NCBI GenBank assembly: GCA_010093995.1
Contig: ML992509.1
Span: 728,178 to 792,177 of the forward strand
Direction of reading: 5' to 3'
DNA from: Elsinoe ampelina
Lineage: Eukaryota
DNA length: 64,000 bases
The notes under the pieces were generated by a model. The model did not search any database. It saw only the letters and a program-made list of their open reading frames with translations, and had not been told where the DNA came from. Position 1 is the first letter of the stretch. Each line of letters begins with the position of its first letter. Position numbers and translations under genes: made by a program. Below, piece after piece: positions 1-12,900 of the stretch.

Positions 1-2603
1 GGTTGGGGAGGAGTCGTTATTGGTGGTTTTGCGGGTCCAGATGTAGTCTGTCCATGGCATTGCGGGAGTCGGGGCGGTGATGGAGAGGTGTAGGGTGACT
101 ACGAGGCGGGGGAAAGATGCAATGGGTTGGACATCGGGGAAAAGGTCATGCGGTGGGTGGAGGTTGGCATGTGCCGCTAGCCGAATGGGGAAATGCTTCA
201 CATCCGGGCTCTTTTGCAGCTATTACTCTTTGCTTTTGCAGTTGCTCTTCTCACATATGTGGCTACCGGGAATAAGATCCTGGTCGGTCTATCGACACTT
301 ACAGAGATGGTGCTTCTGCAGTCTGATAGTGCTACTCTTGGCTGTTGTACGCGGTGACATCGCGCCTGCTTGGCCGCCCACCTTTGATCGAGCAGCTCTG
401 TGGAAGGTGAGGGAGCTGGTCAAAGTCTCTTCCTATCATAATTGTCAAGTGTTATCCCAGTGTATCACTGTCTGGTACAAGACATCAAGCTCTCACATTG
501 GCGTGGAATAGACTTTGACAGCATTGCTACTTTTCGGCTCGGCATCAAAGTAGAATCATGATAACGTGAACACAAACAAAACAGCAATCACGACCACATG
601 CACATCACATATCACACCACTCATCACGCCCCGCATCGATGCGAGGCTTGTCTTTGGTTAAGGTCAGCCATGAAAAGCTTGCCACCCACCATGAAGTATG
701 GGTCCTGATGAGCTTCCCTGCTTTGCTACTCTGCTTGAAAGATAGGATGGAGCAACCATAAATGACGTTGCAGGATTGCCTCGGTATCAGCGAGTCGGAT
801 GGGACGGCCACAACATTTCAGGATCTCAAGGATGAGTATCATATGGGTAAATGACCAGGATGGTCAAAGTGGATTGCCACTTGATGGTCGGGGAGGGCTT
901 TTCGCATGCAGGAGGGCTTGCATACAAAGGCAACAGCCAAGAATAGCATCAAGCAGGGCCAGGCCGTTGGAGGAAGACTTCGGGAGAGAAGTGACCGGAG
1001 ATGCATACAGCAGTAGATGCTGCTAGTACTTGCAGGCATGATTGGCGAGGATGTGAGCGTTGTACCTGAATGCTCGGATGATCAAGTCCATTCACCATCT
1101 TGCATGATTCGTTACAGATGGAGCCACTGCAGACAAACACCACCAGCAGGACTTGCATTGCTTGCAGTCCTATGATGGCTAGATGCATGCCTCAGGGTTG
1201 GTGGCTTCATCTCGCAGGGATCAAGAGCCGTCACTCAAATGTCAAATAGATGGACATGACAGCGTCGCATCGTACGCTAACAGGGATGATGAGGTAACGA
1301 GCAACAGAGCACAGCAGTGGCAAGGGGGCGGGAAGACCAGTCGCAGGCTCTGTCTCAGCATTGAGACGCCCGGGCCTTCCTTCGAGGGTTTTCCGTCCTC
1401 TTTCCAACCTCAAGCGATGCCCGCGACCTTGCTTTTTGTGTCTGGCACAACGCCGCCACAAGTTTATCCCCAAACAAAGCCTGGCCGTGAGGCCCTGGGA
1501 ATCTCCTTTTCGATGCCGCAGCCCATGCCCATCATCCAGATCTGTACCCACTTGGTGCCTCGATCACGACCCACAAGGCAGACGCCCTGTCGAGATGCCT
1601 CGGTCTATTTACGTCCTACTTAACAACGGTTCGTGCGAACGACTGCTCGTACCTGCATCTGCGGCAGAGTTACCATTCGATTAGATTGGTATGACAGGAT
1701 GTTTCCGCACGGGGCATCGTTTCTTGATCTTCAGGCCCTTGGGCGGGAGTCACCGTCTCCTGCATCCTACAGATCAAGCGCGTCGACCTGCTTCGCTGAC
1801 AGCCATCTAGCATTGGCATGCATCCTGGAGGTCAAGGACTGAGTCCGGAAGCCTCAAGCGTGCTCGGGAGGCGCCGATAGCAAGTGCTTGTCACCTTGGC
1901 AGGTCGATCTCTTGTATCCGGGAGTCTTGCCCGGACCTCTGCAGATTGTATCCCAATATATCCTCACTATGAAACACCTACTAGTCCGCTCAACCACATG
2001 AACCACTGGCTCGCTGCACCACCAGACTTGCCACCGACCGGCATCACTTGCCACACTTTTCCCTTCACGGCTACTCTGATCATCTCGGCGCATGCTTTCC
2101 GAAGCTTGTCTACCCCCAGATGGCGAGTGATCTCCCTGGCCCGATCCCTGGGATGTGCCACCGCATCGACATCTGGCATACACACCCCACACCTCAAACA
2201 GGCCCGCCCAACGGTACTACACTGCTTCCTCAAACTCTCTCTACGCCTCCTGCATTCATCACCGAGGCAATTTCTGCCCAGACCTCTACTCTGACACCAT
2301 TGCTGGCCGACAGCCACTACCGCATCTAACGTTTGACGTTTCAGAAACTTGGCGAGATGCACGCCGTCCCTGTCGAAACTGGCAGAGTCTTTACAGGATC
2401 AAAGCACCACGTGCGTCCCAAGGTGAGGAACCTATAAGTATACCCAGACCGCGAACCCTCTACCTCTTGCCTTGTCCAGTCCTATCTTTCAAGGTCCACT
2501 TCATTCATTGCATTTGCATCTCTGCCTGACTGGTTCAGCGCAAGTTTTCTCACTGCCCTTTTACATTCGTTCAATACCCAAACAAAACCTCCCTTCATCC
2601 AAA

Positions 2604-3766
2604 ATGCAGCTCAACTCCTTCGCCGCGACGGTCCTCCTGGCCTGCATGGCCACCGCCGCACCCCTCGACAAGCGTCAATTCAGCTTCCCCAGCCTCGGCG
2701 GCGGCCTACTAGGTGGCGGCAGCACCGGCGGAGGCAGCTCAGGCGGCGACGCCGGCTCCGGCGGCTGCGCAGACTACACCTTTCTCTTCGCCTGCGGCAC
2801 CACCGAATCCGGCCTGGGGACCGTAGGCGCCCCTCTCTCCCAAGGTCTCAAGCAGGCTCTCGGGTCGGTCAACACCATCCCGACAAACTATCCCGCCTCC
2901 ATCATGGGTAACGCCCAGCTCGGGGCCGCCGGCGGTCCTCAGATGGCTAGCGATGCGAAGAATGCCCTGGCAAAGTGCCCCAACACTAAGCTCATTATTG
3001 GTGGCTACAGTCAGGGTGCCATGGTCGCGACAAACGCGGTCAAGGCTCAGGGGCTGCCTGCCGACAAGGTCGTGGCTGCGCTGCTGTTCGGTAACCCATG
3101 TACGTCTTCCCCCCATACCTCATCCCGGTCCCAGATCGCCTCTCTCTCTCCCCCATCCCCTGCAGTCCCTTCCCCCTCCATCCCCTCCCCTTCAGATGGA
3201 CGTATACTGATATTTCTCCAGTCCAAAACCAAGGCGGCGGCAAAATCGGCTCCATCCCGACCCTCTCCACCTGCAACGCCGGCGACGGCGTCTGCACCAC
3301 CGGCGGCTTCGTCATCACCGCCGCCCACCTGACCTACACCTCGGACGGATCCGTGCAGAAGGCCGTCCAGTTCGCGCAGCAGAACGCCGGTTCCGCCGGC
3401 GGCGCTGGCTCGGGCGGGAGTGGGTATACGCCTGCGGCGCAGGGCACGGCGGCGGGGTCTGCTGGGTCGGGCGGCGGGACTGCCCTTGGGAGTGGGACTG
3501 GTGCGGGTGGGTTGTTCAGTGGGCTTGGTGGGTTGGGGGGAGGACTCGGAAGTCTCGGGGGATCTTCTGGGAGCGGGTTGGGCGGGCTCGGTGGTGGACT
3601 GGGCAGCCTCGGCGGGCTCGGTGGCTCGTCTGGCGGACTCGGGTCGTTCTTGGGCAAGTCTGGTATGTCTTTCCCCTCTTTTGGCGGGTTGGGAGGGAGC
3701 AGTGGTGGTGGTCTGGGGAGCTTGGGAGGGTTGGGGTCGTTCGGCAAGATGTTTGGTGGGAAGTAA
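2604..3766 (+). CDS. Secreted cutinase (CE5) with Gly/Ser-rich N- and C-terminal extensions
   Basis: Signal peptide MQLNSFAATVLLACMATA, then a KR site. GYSQG nucleophile elbow, LFGNP, CNAGDGVC (catalytic Asp) and AHLTY (catalytic His). Intron 3100-3221 (GTACGT..CAG) joins ORFs 2472 and 3098 as GNPFQN. Confidence 0.93.
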
Positions 3767-4698
3767 AGGGTCGACTTGCTTCTTTCTCCGGATGTCTGTA
3801 GGGTCATGATGAACGATTTCAGCTCTTTCGCTTTGCTCCGCTACCGACACTGGATGCTATGGCGTCGACCCGTTTCCTTTTCTTCACAACCCCAGTCATG
3901 CACCTCAGGTATTGGACAAGAGAATTCGTACCGACAGGGCGAGAGGACAACATTCGGCAGGGTTGTTGGCCGACATCAAGCACAGAAGCACTTCCAACCC
4001 TTTCCGCACAAACACATCGACCCTTCACCCACAGACAAGCTGACAATCAACCAACAGCATAAACACCCTCTCCACCAGCCTGACACTCTTCCCCCTCGGT
4101 CCGGACAACAGACGAAAGACGAAGCTGTGCTGGCTCCATAGCCTCTTTCGACGACTGGGATGGACACCTTTTTTTTTTTGGCAGAAACAGATATACATAC
4201 TTTAGCTTCTCCTCCCCCCCTCATGGCGCTCGCTGCCCAGGTAGAGGGGGTAATTTAATCCTCATTCAGGACCAACCAACCGGCCCTCTCTTCGCAGTGT
4301 GATCTCCTTCAATTCTTGATCTCCTCACCCGCCCGAGTGTGCCCTGAGTGTGCCCTGATACGAGACAGTGTCTGCCCTCAAGCGAGACCCTCTATAGGGC
4401 CAGGTCAGCTCTGGTTTGGAACGGTGCGATCGGAAACAAGCTATTCGGCGGTCATGCTTGGGGTAATATGCTGAGCTCACGGGAGACAAGGCCCTGGTCG
4501 CATGTCGAAAGCTACCAGAAACCTGTGGACACGCGAGCGGCACACAACTGCACCAGTCAGGCACAGGATGGTCGGCAAATGCGAGTGCAGAGCAAGACAT
4601 GTTTTGTATTCCCAACAAGTCAATACATCCCTCTCTTCAACTTCTACATACACAATCTGTACAAACCATTTCTTTCCCCAATCATCCAGTATGGGTTT

Positions 4699-6556
4699 CT
4701 AGCTCTGCGTCGGCATATTCACCTTCGCCTTGGTCGCCACCGCATCCTGCGCCGACCAGAAACTCGTGACGGTCTTGTACTGCGTGTAGAAATTGATGCC
4801 CGGCTTGCCGTAGAAAGTCGAGCCGCCGCCGCCAGCGACGGACTTCTTGTTGCCTGTGAAGGAGAACATGGGGAGGGGGACGGGGATGGGTCTACCATTC
4901 GGATTAGCATCGCACTGCAGGAGAGGAGGAAGGTGAAGAGACGGAGAAGGGGAGAAGGGAGAGAAGGGAGAGGAGAAAGGGGAATGGGCAGAGGGGAAAA
5001 AGAGAGAAAGATACGTACACATTCACGCCGACCTGTCCGGCTTCAATGTCCTTTGTGAACCGTCTTGCAGTAGCGCCGGAGGAGGTGAAAATGGCGACAC
5101 CGTTGCCATACTCATTCGCGTTGATGAGATCGACTGCGTCCTCGAGTGTGTCGACGTTCAAGCATACAAGGACAGGACCGAAGATCTCCTCCTTGTAGCA
5201 CTGCATGTGAGGCTTGACATTCGCGATGAGTGTTGGACCAACGAAGTTGCCGTTGGGGTACTTGGCTGGCTTGAAGCCGCGGCCGTCAAGGATAATGTCA
5301 GCGCCTTCAGCTTCGGCGCTGGCGATGAGCTCTTCGATGCGCTGCTTCGCTTGGGGGGAGATGACGGGGCCGAGGTCGGCGCCTTCTTCGAAACCACCGT
5401 TGACGTTGAGAGCCTTTGCACGTTCGGCGATTTCGGACACCCATTCCTTGGTCTCGCCTACGCAGACAATGGTGGATAGAGCCATGCAGCGCTGGCCAGC
5501 GGCTCCGAATGCAGCTCCGGCAATGGCGTTGAGAGCGTGGTTCTTGTTGCAGTCTGGGAGAAGGGCGGCGTGGTTCTTCGCTCCGAGGTTGGCCTGGCAT
5601 CGCTTCCCGTTTGCGCTGGCGCGGGAGTAAATGTACTCGCCTGCTTTGTTGGACCCGACGAAGCTGATGGCCTTGATCTCTGGCTCGTCGAGGATGAAAT
5701 CGACAGTCTTGGCCGCACCGTGGACGATGTTGATGACTCCTGGGGGAAAGCCGGCCTTCTCAGCAAGCTCTGCGAGGATCATGGTGGCACCAGGATCCCG
5801 CTCGGACGGCTTGACGATGATGGTGTTGCCAGTGACAGTCGCGATCGGGATAGACCAAAGAGGGATCATAGCGGGGAAGTTGAACGGGCAAATGGCAGCT
5901 GTGACACCAAGAGGCTCTCTGTACGAATGTGTTTCCATATCTTTCGCGACCTCGAGCAGCTCACCAGTAAGCTGAGTAGTGATACCGCATGCCGTCTCCG
6001 CCACCTGTAGACCACGGAGGACGTCACCCTTCGCATCGGCGAATGTCTTGCCCTGCTCAAGAGTGATGGAAGCAGCCAAACGATCCCAGTGCTCGCGGAT
6101 CAGCGCAACGAATTTGAACATGATCTGTTGGCGATGGAGCAGTGAAGTTTGGCGCCATGCTGGGAAGGCAGCTTTCGCAGACTCGACTGCAGCCTTGAGC
6201 TCAGCATCGGTGGACTGAGGGACACGAGTGACGAGGTTGTTGGTAGCGGGGTCGTGGAGGTCGATCCATTGCGTCGCTTTGGATTCGACAAACTTGTTGT
6301 CCAAGAAGTTCTGTGTGTTGATGACTTGCTGGACTTCGTCGTGGGTAGTAGGATACTCGGTCGGTGTGGAAGCAGCAGAGGTCGTCGCCGCAGGCCTCAA
6401 TTGAGAAGCTGTAGCGTGCAGTCTCCTGGTTGCAGTCTTGCTTGCCGAGGCCGATGACATTTTGCCTGCAGTGGCGAGTGAGAATGGTCGTACTGGAGCG
6501 GATCGCGTTGACAGTGACCGTAGCGCTCGTCCGGCAATTGCCCTTCTCGCGGCCAT
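4699..6556 (-). CDS. mmsA: Methylmalonate-semialdehyde dehydrogenase (ALDH6 family), mitochondrial
   Basis: Motifs [37 protein letters not shown]. Intron 5018-4892 restores [18 protein letters not shown]. Arg/Ser-rich presequence. Confidence 0.95.
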
Positions 6557-7120
6557 GATCTGTCAAGAATGGCCTGTGAGGTAGAATGGCGAGAAAGTCA
6601 AGATGATGTTTCAAGCGTGGAGGAAGATGCGGAGATTGGAGAAGACGTAACGGAGCTCGGCTAACCGCGGGGCAAGGGAAGGACAAAATAGAGAGCTTTT
6701 CGTGCCAATAATGGCCTCATAGTCCATTTACAGCAGACACATAATCATTCAGACATCTTCGATTCCGAAATCACCACCGACATTGCTTCATGCTATGGCA
6801 GTTCTCACGCACTTTTCGGCTCCGAGATGATGTGATCAAACGAGACAAGACATGGAGTATTTCCGCTCGAACTCCGTCCTCGGTCCTTATCACGACTCAA
6901 AGTGGGGCATCTCATTGGTTTCTGAACTTTTGCATTGAAAACCAAAATAGTCGTCCGCTATAGGGATGATACTAGAACAATTGCAGGAGCCTTGACCTCC
7001 TTGCCTACGTGACTATGTGATACAATGCGTCCTTCCTGTCTTCCCGCAACTTCGCGTCTCAATTCGCGTACCTTTTCTTCGCCTTCAGTCTGCTAGTCAA
7101 TCAAGCTCCAACTCATCTCC

Positions 7121-9068
7121 CTACGATTGAGCGGATGACCTGGTGGTCCTCTTCTTAACCTCCTCTTGGGCGGTATCGGCGCCCGACGCGACCGTCTCGG
7201 CGACCTTGTCCTTGGCCTCAGTAGCTTTTGACTTTGCGTCGGAAGCAGCTGCCTTGACCTGCTCCTTGGATGGAGCGGAGCCGCTGAAGGCACCAAGGAC
7301 CAGAGCGAGGATGGTAATGGCGAGGACAGCGATACCACCAGCGACCTCAGGTACGAACTTTGCGGCCTGGACGGGATCGGACTTGGCGATGGTGAGGAAT
7401 AGGTCGAGCTTCTCCTTGACGTAGTGGACTGGGTCGTCGAAGAACTTGAGGTCCATGGGTGACTTGGGCTTCTCAGGCTCCTTTGGCTTCTCAGCGTCCT
7501 CAATCTGTTTCTCAATCTTCCTCTTTACATCGAACGTCTCCTTCTGGAGCTTCTCGGCTTCCTCAACAGAGTGTCCAATGTAGATGTTGTCGAAGAGAAT
7601 GTCATTCTGCATGGTCCAGAGCTCAAAGCCAACCTAGTACATTGTCAGTTCTGTTTGGTGCAACATTGGTGATTTAAACTTACAGCTCCAATGGGCTCAA
7701 AGTTGGCAGGAGTCTTGTCCTCGAAGTAGTTGGGGTTGGCGATCTTGCGGGGAGCCCAGACACCCTTGTACTTCGGGTTGTCAATGTAAGGAGCGGACCA
7801 CTTGCCCTTGTAGGCCGGGTTCTTCTTCATGGGCTTCTTCCATTCACCGCAGCCAGCTGCCTCCTCGCACTTGGGGTTGGAGATAAGAGGAGCCTGCCAG
7901 TCTCCATCCTCCTCATCATCCCAGTCCTCTGGCTTCTGAGCCTCGGGGTCGGCGATCATGGCGGGCTCGTTGTCGAGCCAGTCAGCTGGCTTGGTAGCGT
8001 CCTCGTCGACGATCTCGTATGGCTCATCCTCATCCCAGTCTTCTGGCTTCTTTGCCTCGGGATCTGGAATCTTGGCCTCCTCAACCCAATCTTCCGGCTT
8101 CTTGTCAGTCTCGTCATCGATCTCCTTGTCGGGGTTGACAGCTGGAGTGAAGTCCTCGAGAAGGGTACCGTTCCGGAGTGGCTCGCCATCGATCTTGATC
8201 TGGAACGTTTGGTCGGGCCTGACGATCAAGGTGTAGAGGGAAGAAGTCTTGCCAATGCGAGCCATTGGTGTGTTCTTGAGATGCTTCTCTTCGTACTCGC
8301 CAGTCTTTGGGTTCTTGTGACGGAAGATGAAGTGGACCTTGTTGGTGGCACCGCACTTGTCGGGTCCGAACATGATGATATATGGCGAGGCATTGGAGAA
8401 CTCGTCAATCTTGAGTGCCTTGTTGTCCTGGAGGAGCTTCATATATGCACCACCGCATTCGAGACCGGCTGATGAAGATGTCAGTCAATGCCATTTCTCG
8501 CGCTTTCCTTTCAGACTTACTCTGGAACTTAGTCTCGTACTGCACAACAAGAGTGTTGGCCTTGTTGCTGATCGGCTTCCCGAACTTGGCGGAGATGGCG
8601 TGGTGAGCAGCCTTGTCCTTGAGGACCAAGCCCTTGTCACCCTCAATGGCATGGAGCTCCTTTGGCTCCTCGACCGCCCAGGTACCGGAGAACTGCCATT
8701 CCTCCTCAGTACCTTCCTTCTTCGCGTGGGACACCTTCCATCTCGACTCCCAATCATCAGTGAACTGCTCGAGGAATGGAGCCTTCAATGTGGTAGGCTA
8801 TCGAACAATCATCAGCTCGCAACCTCCACATATCCCACGAAGCTCAACTCACAGTGAAGCTCGGCTTGACAATCGGCGTCGACACAGACGCAGCAGACGA
8901 CACAGACGAAGCCGCGCCAGAAGCGACCGAAGCACCCGCCGACCCAGCCGACGCAGCAGAAGCTGACGCCGCGGAAATCGCCTGCTCGATCTCATCCGGG
9001 AGCTCCTCGCCCTGAGCTCTCGAAAGAGCAGCGCAGGCGCCCAACGCAAGGATGGTGGGGATCCTCAT
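7121..9068 (-). CDS. CNE1: Calnexin
   Basis: Signal peptide, [22 protein letters not shown]-domain repeats and a C-terminal TM helix. Introns 8852-8798, 8520-8469 and 7683-7634. Confidence 0.96.
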
Positions 9069-9943
9069 TGTGACAGGATAGGGTCAGGTACCAACAAGAG
9101 AAAAAGTCAATTGACCGTGTTGTTGGAGAGAAGGGAGGGTAGATGTGGCCTCAAGTTCTGGGATTCTTTAAAGGCGGGAGAGCTCTACCGGGGGAGGTCG
9201 AATTTGAACACGTTGTAGAAAGCCAGATCGAGGGTCAAAGCTTTGGCAGCTCCCCGCTTGTGGAAGGTGCTGGTCTCGGCATCGACGGTGCGGCGGCAAA
9301 TGGATGAGCAGGGAAGATCATGGCGAGATCGTGTATCGTGTTTTACAATACGCGCATGAGGAGAAATGAAGATTAGAGCGCTTCGAGCACAGATGCAATG
9401 CTATACTGCACGGTGGACTATAGTCCAGCATCATTCCTACCAGCTGCCCACGAGTCATGCCATATACCAAGCTCTCATTTAGCCAAAGAATCTGGTCGAA
9501 AGCTTTGGAAAACATCACATCGTCAAGATAACACTCGTGCAACCAGGCAAATACAGTGGCAAGATCAATTCTCATTCAAAGACCGCTCTACTTTTGCCCT
9601 CTGATGTGCCCATGCAAAAGTGCCAGACGCCTCGCTAAAGACCTTGATGTCACAGTCAACCCACCCTCATGCTCTCCAGACTTGCAATCAGTGCCTCCAA
9701 CGACCATACGGCACTTCCCAGTCGGTCTTCCTCCTCCTCAAGCACCCCCTGCTAAGGCTTCTTTTTCCCTTCGTGCTGTTCGCGCCTGCAGTCTGTCTCA
9801 AGCACTGTCCCATCGACCTGGAGGAAGTCATGCCTTTTCCGCATCGACTGCTGATCAGATCCCCTCTCCACTCTTTCCGCCAGATACGCCAACCTCTGCA
9901 AGTCACGACTGCATCATTCATCCTGTCTCTTCAGAACGCCTCG

Positions 9944-12900
9944 CTAAGGACTTGCAGCCGGCGGCTTCCTCGTCAATTTGAGCGTGAGCTTCTTAGCTGG
10001 CTTTGGTGGTTCTGGCCGTTCACTGCCGGTCCGGCTTGGAGCATTACTGCCAGCGTTGCTGCCAGCTTTACTCCCCGCGTTGCTCCCGCCGTTACGCTGC
10101 AGAGCTGCCACAGCCAAGGGGACGTCGTCCGGACTGCTGACCGGTAGTGCTGGTATGGAATCCTCCTCGGCTTTGACAGGAGGTCCCGCCTCCGAGCTTG
10201 CAGAGTAGCTCCTGAAACCTCCTGCGTTCCAAGTTGTCACCGGCGGGGCGCCATTTGTAGTTGGTAGAGCTGAAGCAGTAACATGTGGGAAGTAGCTGTC
10301 GTTGTTGCTCGTGCTGTCCGGTGCTTGTTTACTGACAGTAAAGGCATTTTTACTTGGGGCTTCGAGTATTTTCCGTACTGCGCCTGCCTTGGTAGGGAAG
10401 CTCAGACGGACTACGTTACTCTTCTCCTTGGGCTTGACTGGTTGTGAAGACCGTGGCGTACTATTGACTTTGATTGTTCCTGTCGGCTCAGTCGTCGCGG
10501 GCGTCTTTGGTTCCTTCTTCTTCGGGACCGTGGCAGATTTAGGAGCATGCAGCGGCGTACCAGGTACTGATCCGTTAGGTGTGGCATTCTTGGACGTCTT
10601 TGCCGCTTTCGGACTACCAGCACGCCCAGCATCAATGCTCTGTTTGCGTTTCAATGACAACTTCAAGCCGCTGCCCGTGGCACTTGCCGGTTCTGCAGGC
10701 GTAGGTACTGGTGGTGGAGACATCTTAGATGTTGCAGTGGATATGCTGATACGAGGGCCGCGCTGTGTTGCTGCTTGCTGCCTTTCGAGCTCGCGCTGGG
10801 TCTCGGCGATCTTGGCGGCAAGTATCTGCTCATCAGACAGCATCGTAGGAGCAGGTTTCGGCGCTGCTACCTCCTTGACTTCCTTCGCTTCCTTAGCAGC
10901 TTTCGCGACGGGCGCGGTGTACTTCAGGCCGTTGTCCGTAACAAGCTTGTAGTCCTTTTGAGAAAGCGGTTGATGCTTCGATGGTCGAGTCCGCACTTTG
11001 GGCGATCTCGAAAAGTGCATTTTGCCCTGACCGACATGCCTGGCTTGCCAGTGATGAGGCAATGGCAGGGTGAGAACAAGCCGCCCTTGCACGCTGCTTG
11101 GCTCGAATATCAGCGCCGCAATGTCAAGCAAAGAGTTCAGCTCTTGCAAGGACAGCGTTTGAGAAAGTGTAGCAGACCACAGGGCTTCTTTAAACACCTC
11201 ATCGTTTTCAAGCTGCTGCTTAAGAGCATTGAGTACTCCTTCTGGAGAAGACTTTCGAGCAATCTCAAGAGCGCGATTGTCGGTCGGGGCTTCCTGTTCC
11301 AGCACGAGTCCGGAGTCAATGTCCATGGAAACGCCATTATCCTTGTTCTCGTCCTCCTCGCCGATTGCAACAGCGCCCAGTGCCTTTCCGAGTATACGCA
11401 CAAGCTGCTCGCGCACATGTGGTGATGGATCGTCGCCGAGTGTGCTCAGCATATACTTCATAATGGGGGCTCGTGTGGTGAGCTTGAGATTGACGAGAGC
11501 TTCAAATGCACGCAGCCTAACGTTCTCGGCAATTTCCGGCTTTGTGTACATCAAGATATCAGGTGTCCGATCTTTGCCAATTCCGGACGCAACTAAGCGC
11601 TCGAGACATTGTATTGCCGTGATTGTGGTGATGTTTTGGAATGATGGTGTCCATTCATCCGAATTGCGATACCTTTCCAGCTCATTCAGCGCCTCTGTAC
11701 GGAACAGATCGCCTTCAGTCTGTGCGGGCTGTTCGTCTTCGTCGAATGCGAAAGAATAATTGTTCACCGGCTTTGCCATGGATGCTACCGCTTCGAAGAG
11801 ACAGTTGACCAGAGTAGCGATGTAGAAATTGTCCGAGATGTTCTCGTTATTCTCGTTATAGGTGTTGTCGTTGAACTTGATTTTGTCAAATAGGAACTTC
11901 CTGACTTGCACCGGTACTCTGCCCTCAGGATCACGGACGATGGCCATGGCTCGAGGTATTGTGCACTGTACCAGATAGCTCGCCCTGTCGGAGAAGTCAT
12001 TCGGTCGTGGCATTGTTGGATTATCAGGGAAGCAGTACAATTCCGAGAAAGCCTTGTCCAGATGGAACAGACCCAAGTATTTTATAGCTGGTACCGCCAG
12101 TCTCGTCAAGCCCATGGCTGCAGTGGTCCTGATGCCATGAAAGTATCTCCGGTCCATCAGTGTCCGAATGAGGATAGTCGAACCCATTGGATGGGGTTCC
12201 TGCTGCATAATTCTCTGAACGGACTCAAATTGCGCAACGACGTCCCTATCCTGTTGAAGCTGACTGACGTACATGTAGATGGGCATGTTGAGGTTCATGC
12301 GACCGATCCACTCAAAATCAGCGTCCATGCGGATCCATTCATAACTCTCTTGCCCCATCTGATTTTCTTGCTGCTCAGTCCAGTCGACCAGAAACCAGTC
12401 CTTGACCTCTTGTTCGCTTTGCAGGGTGTCACCCAAGCAGTACAAGAGAACATCATCTTGTGAATCGCCGACCTGCTCTGGTCCATTGATGGCTATTGAT
12501 CGCTCTTTGGCCCTTTTCGAACGCTTAAGTCGTTTGTACTTGGTGTTGTAGGGAATTTCAAACCTGGTGGTCACGTCTTTGATTTCGATGATGTGCTCAT
12601 AAGGTGTACCGTCCGCCTCGTGAATGCGAATCGTCATCGGTCCAACAAAAGCTGGTTGTGTCTCTGGTGCGTACGCTTCCGACACTTGCTCTTTGGCTTC
12701 TCGCATGAACGTTGATGTTTCAAGTTCCAACTTTCGTGGCCGAGTGCTCTGCATTTGCTGTATTGTCATCTCTACCACCAGCTTCTTCTTGTTGAACTTT
12801 TGAGTGATCATGAAATCGGGACATCCTGCGTTGTAGACCCATTGTTTGAAGAAGGAGTCCAACTTCGCATGCCCAAGCTTCTCACAAGTTCGAAGAAAGT

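Noticed and set aside
1..60. Possible minus-strand gene start (MPWTDYIWTRK...) running off the window edge
   Set aside because: Only 20 codons are visible, so it cannot be identified.
77..2530. Many short ORFs upstream of the cutinase
   Set aside because: No recognisable domains or coherent splice structure; likely intergenic or promoter DNA.
3047..3850. Pro-rich antisense ORFs over the cutinase tail, and similar shadow ORFs over other genes
   Set aside because: These are reverse-complement artefacts of Gly-rich or GC-rich coding sequence.
9626..9955. Short direct repeat ACGCCTCGCTAA at ~9627 and ~9936
   Set aside because: Only two ~12-18 bp copies with no further structure; may be chance.
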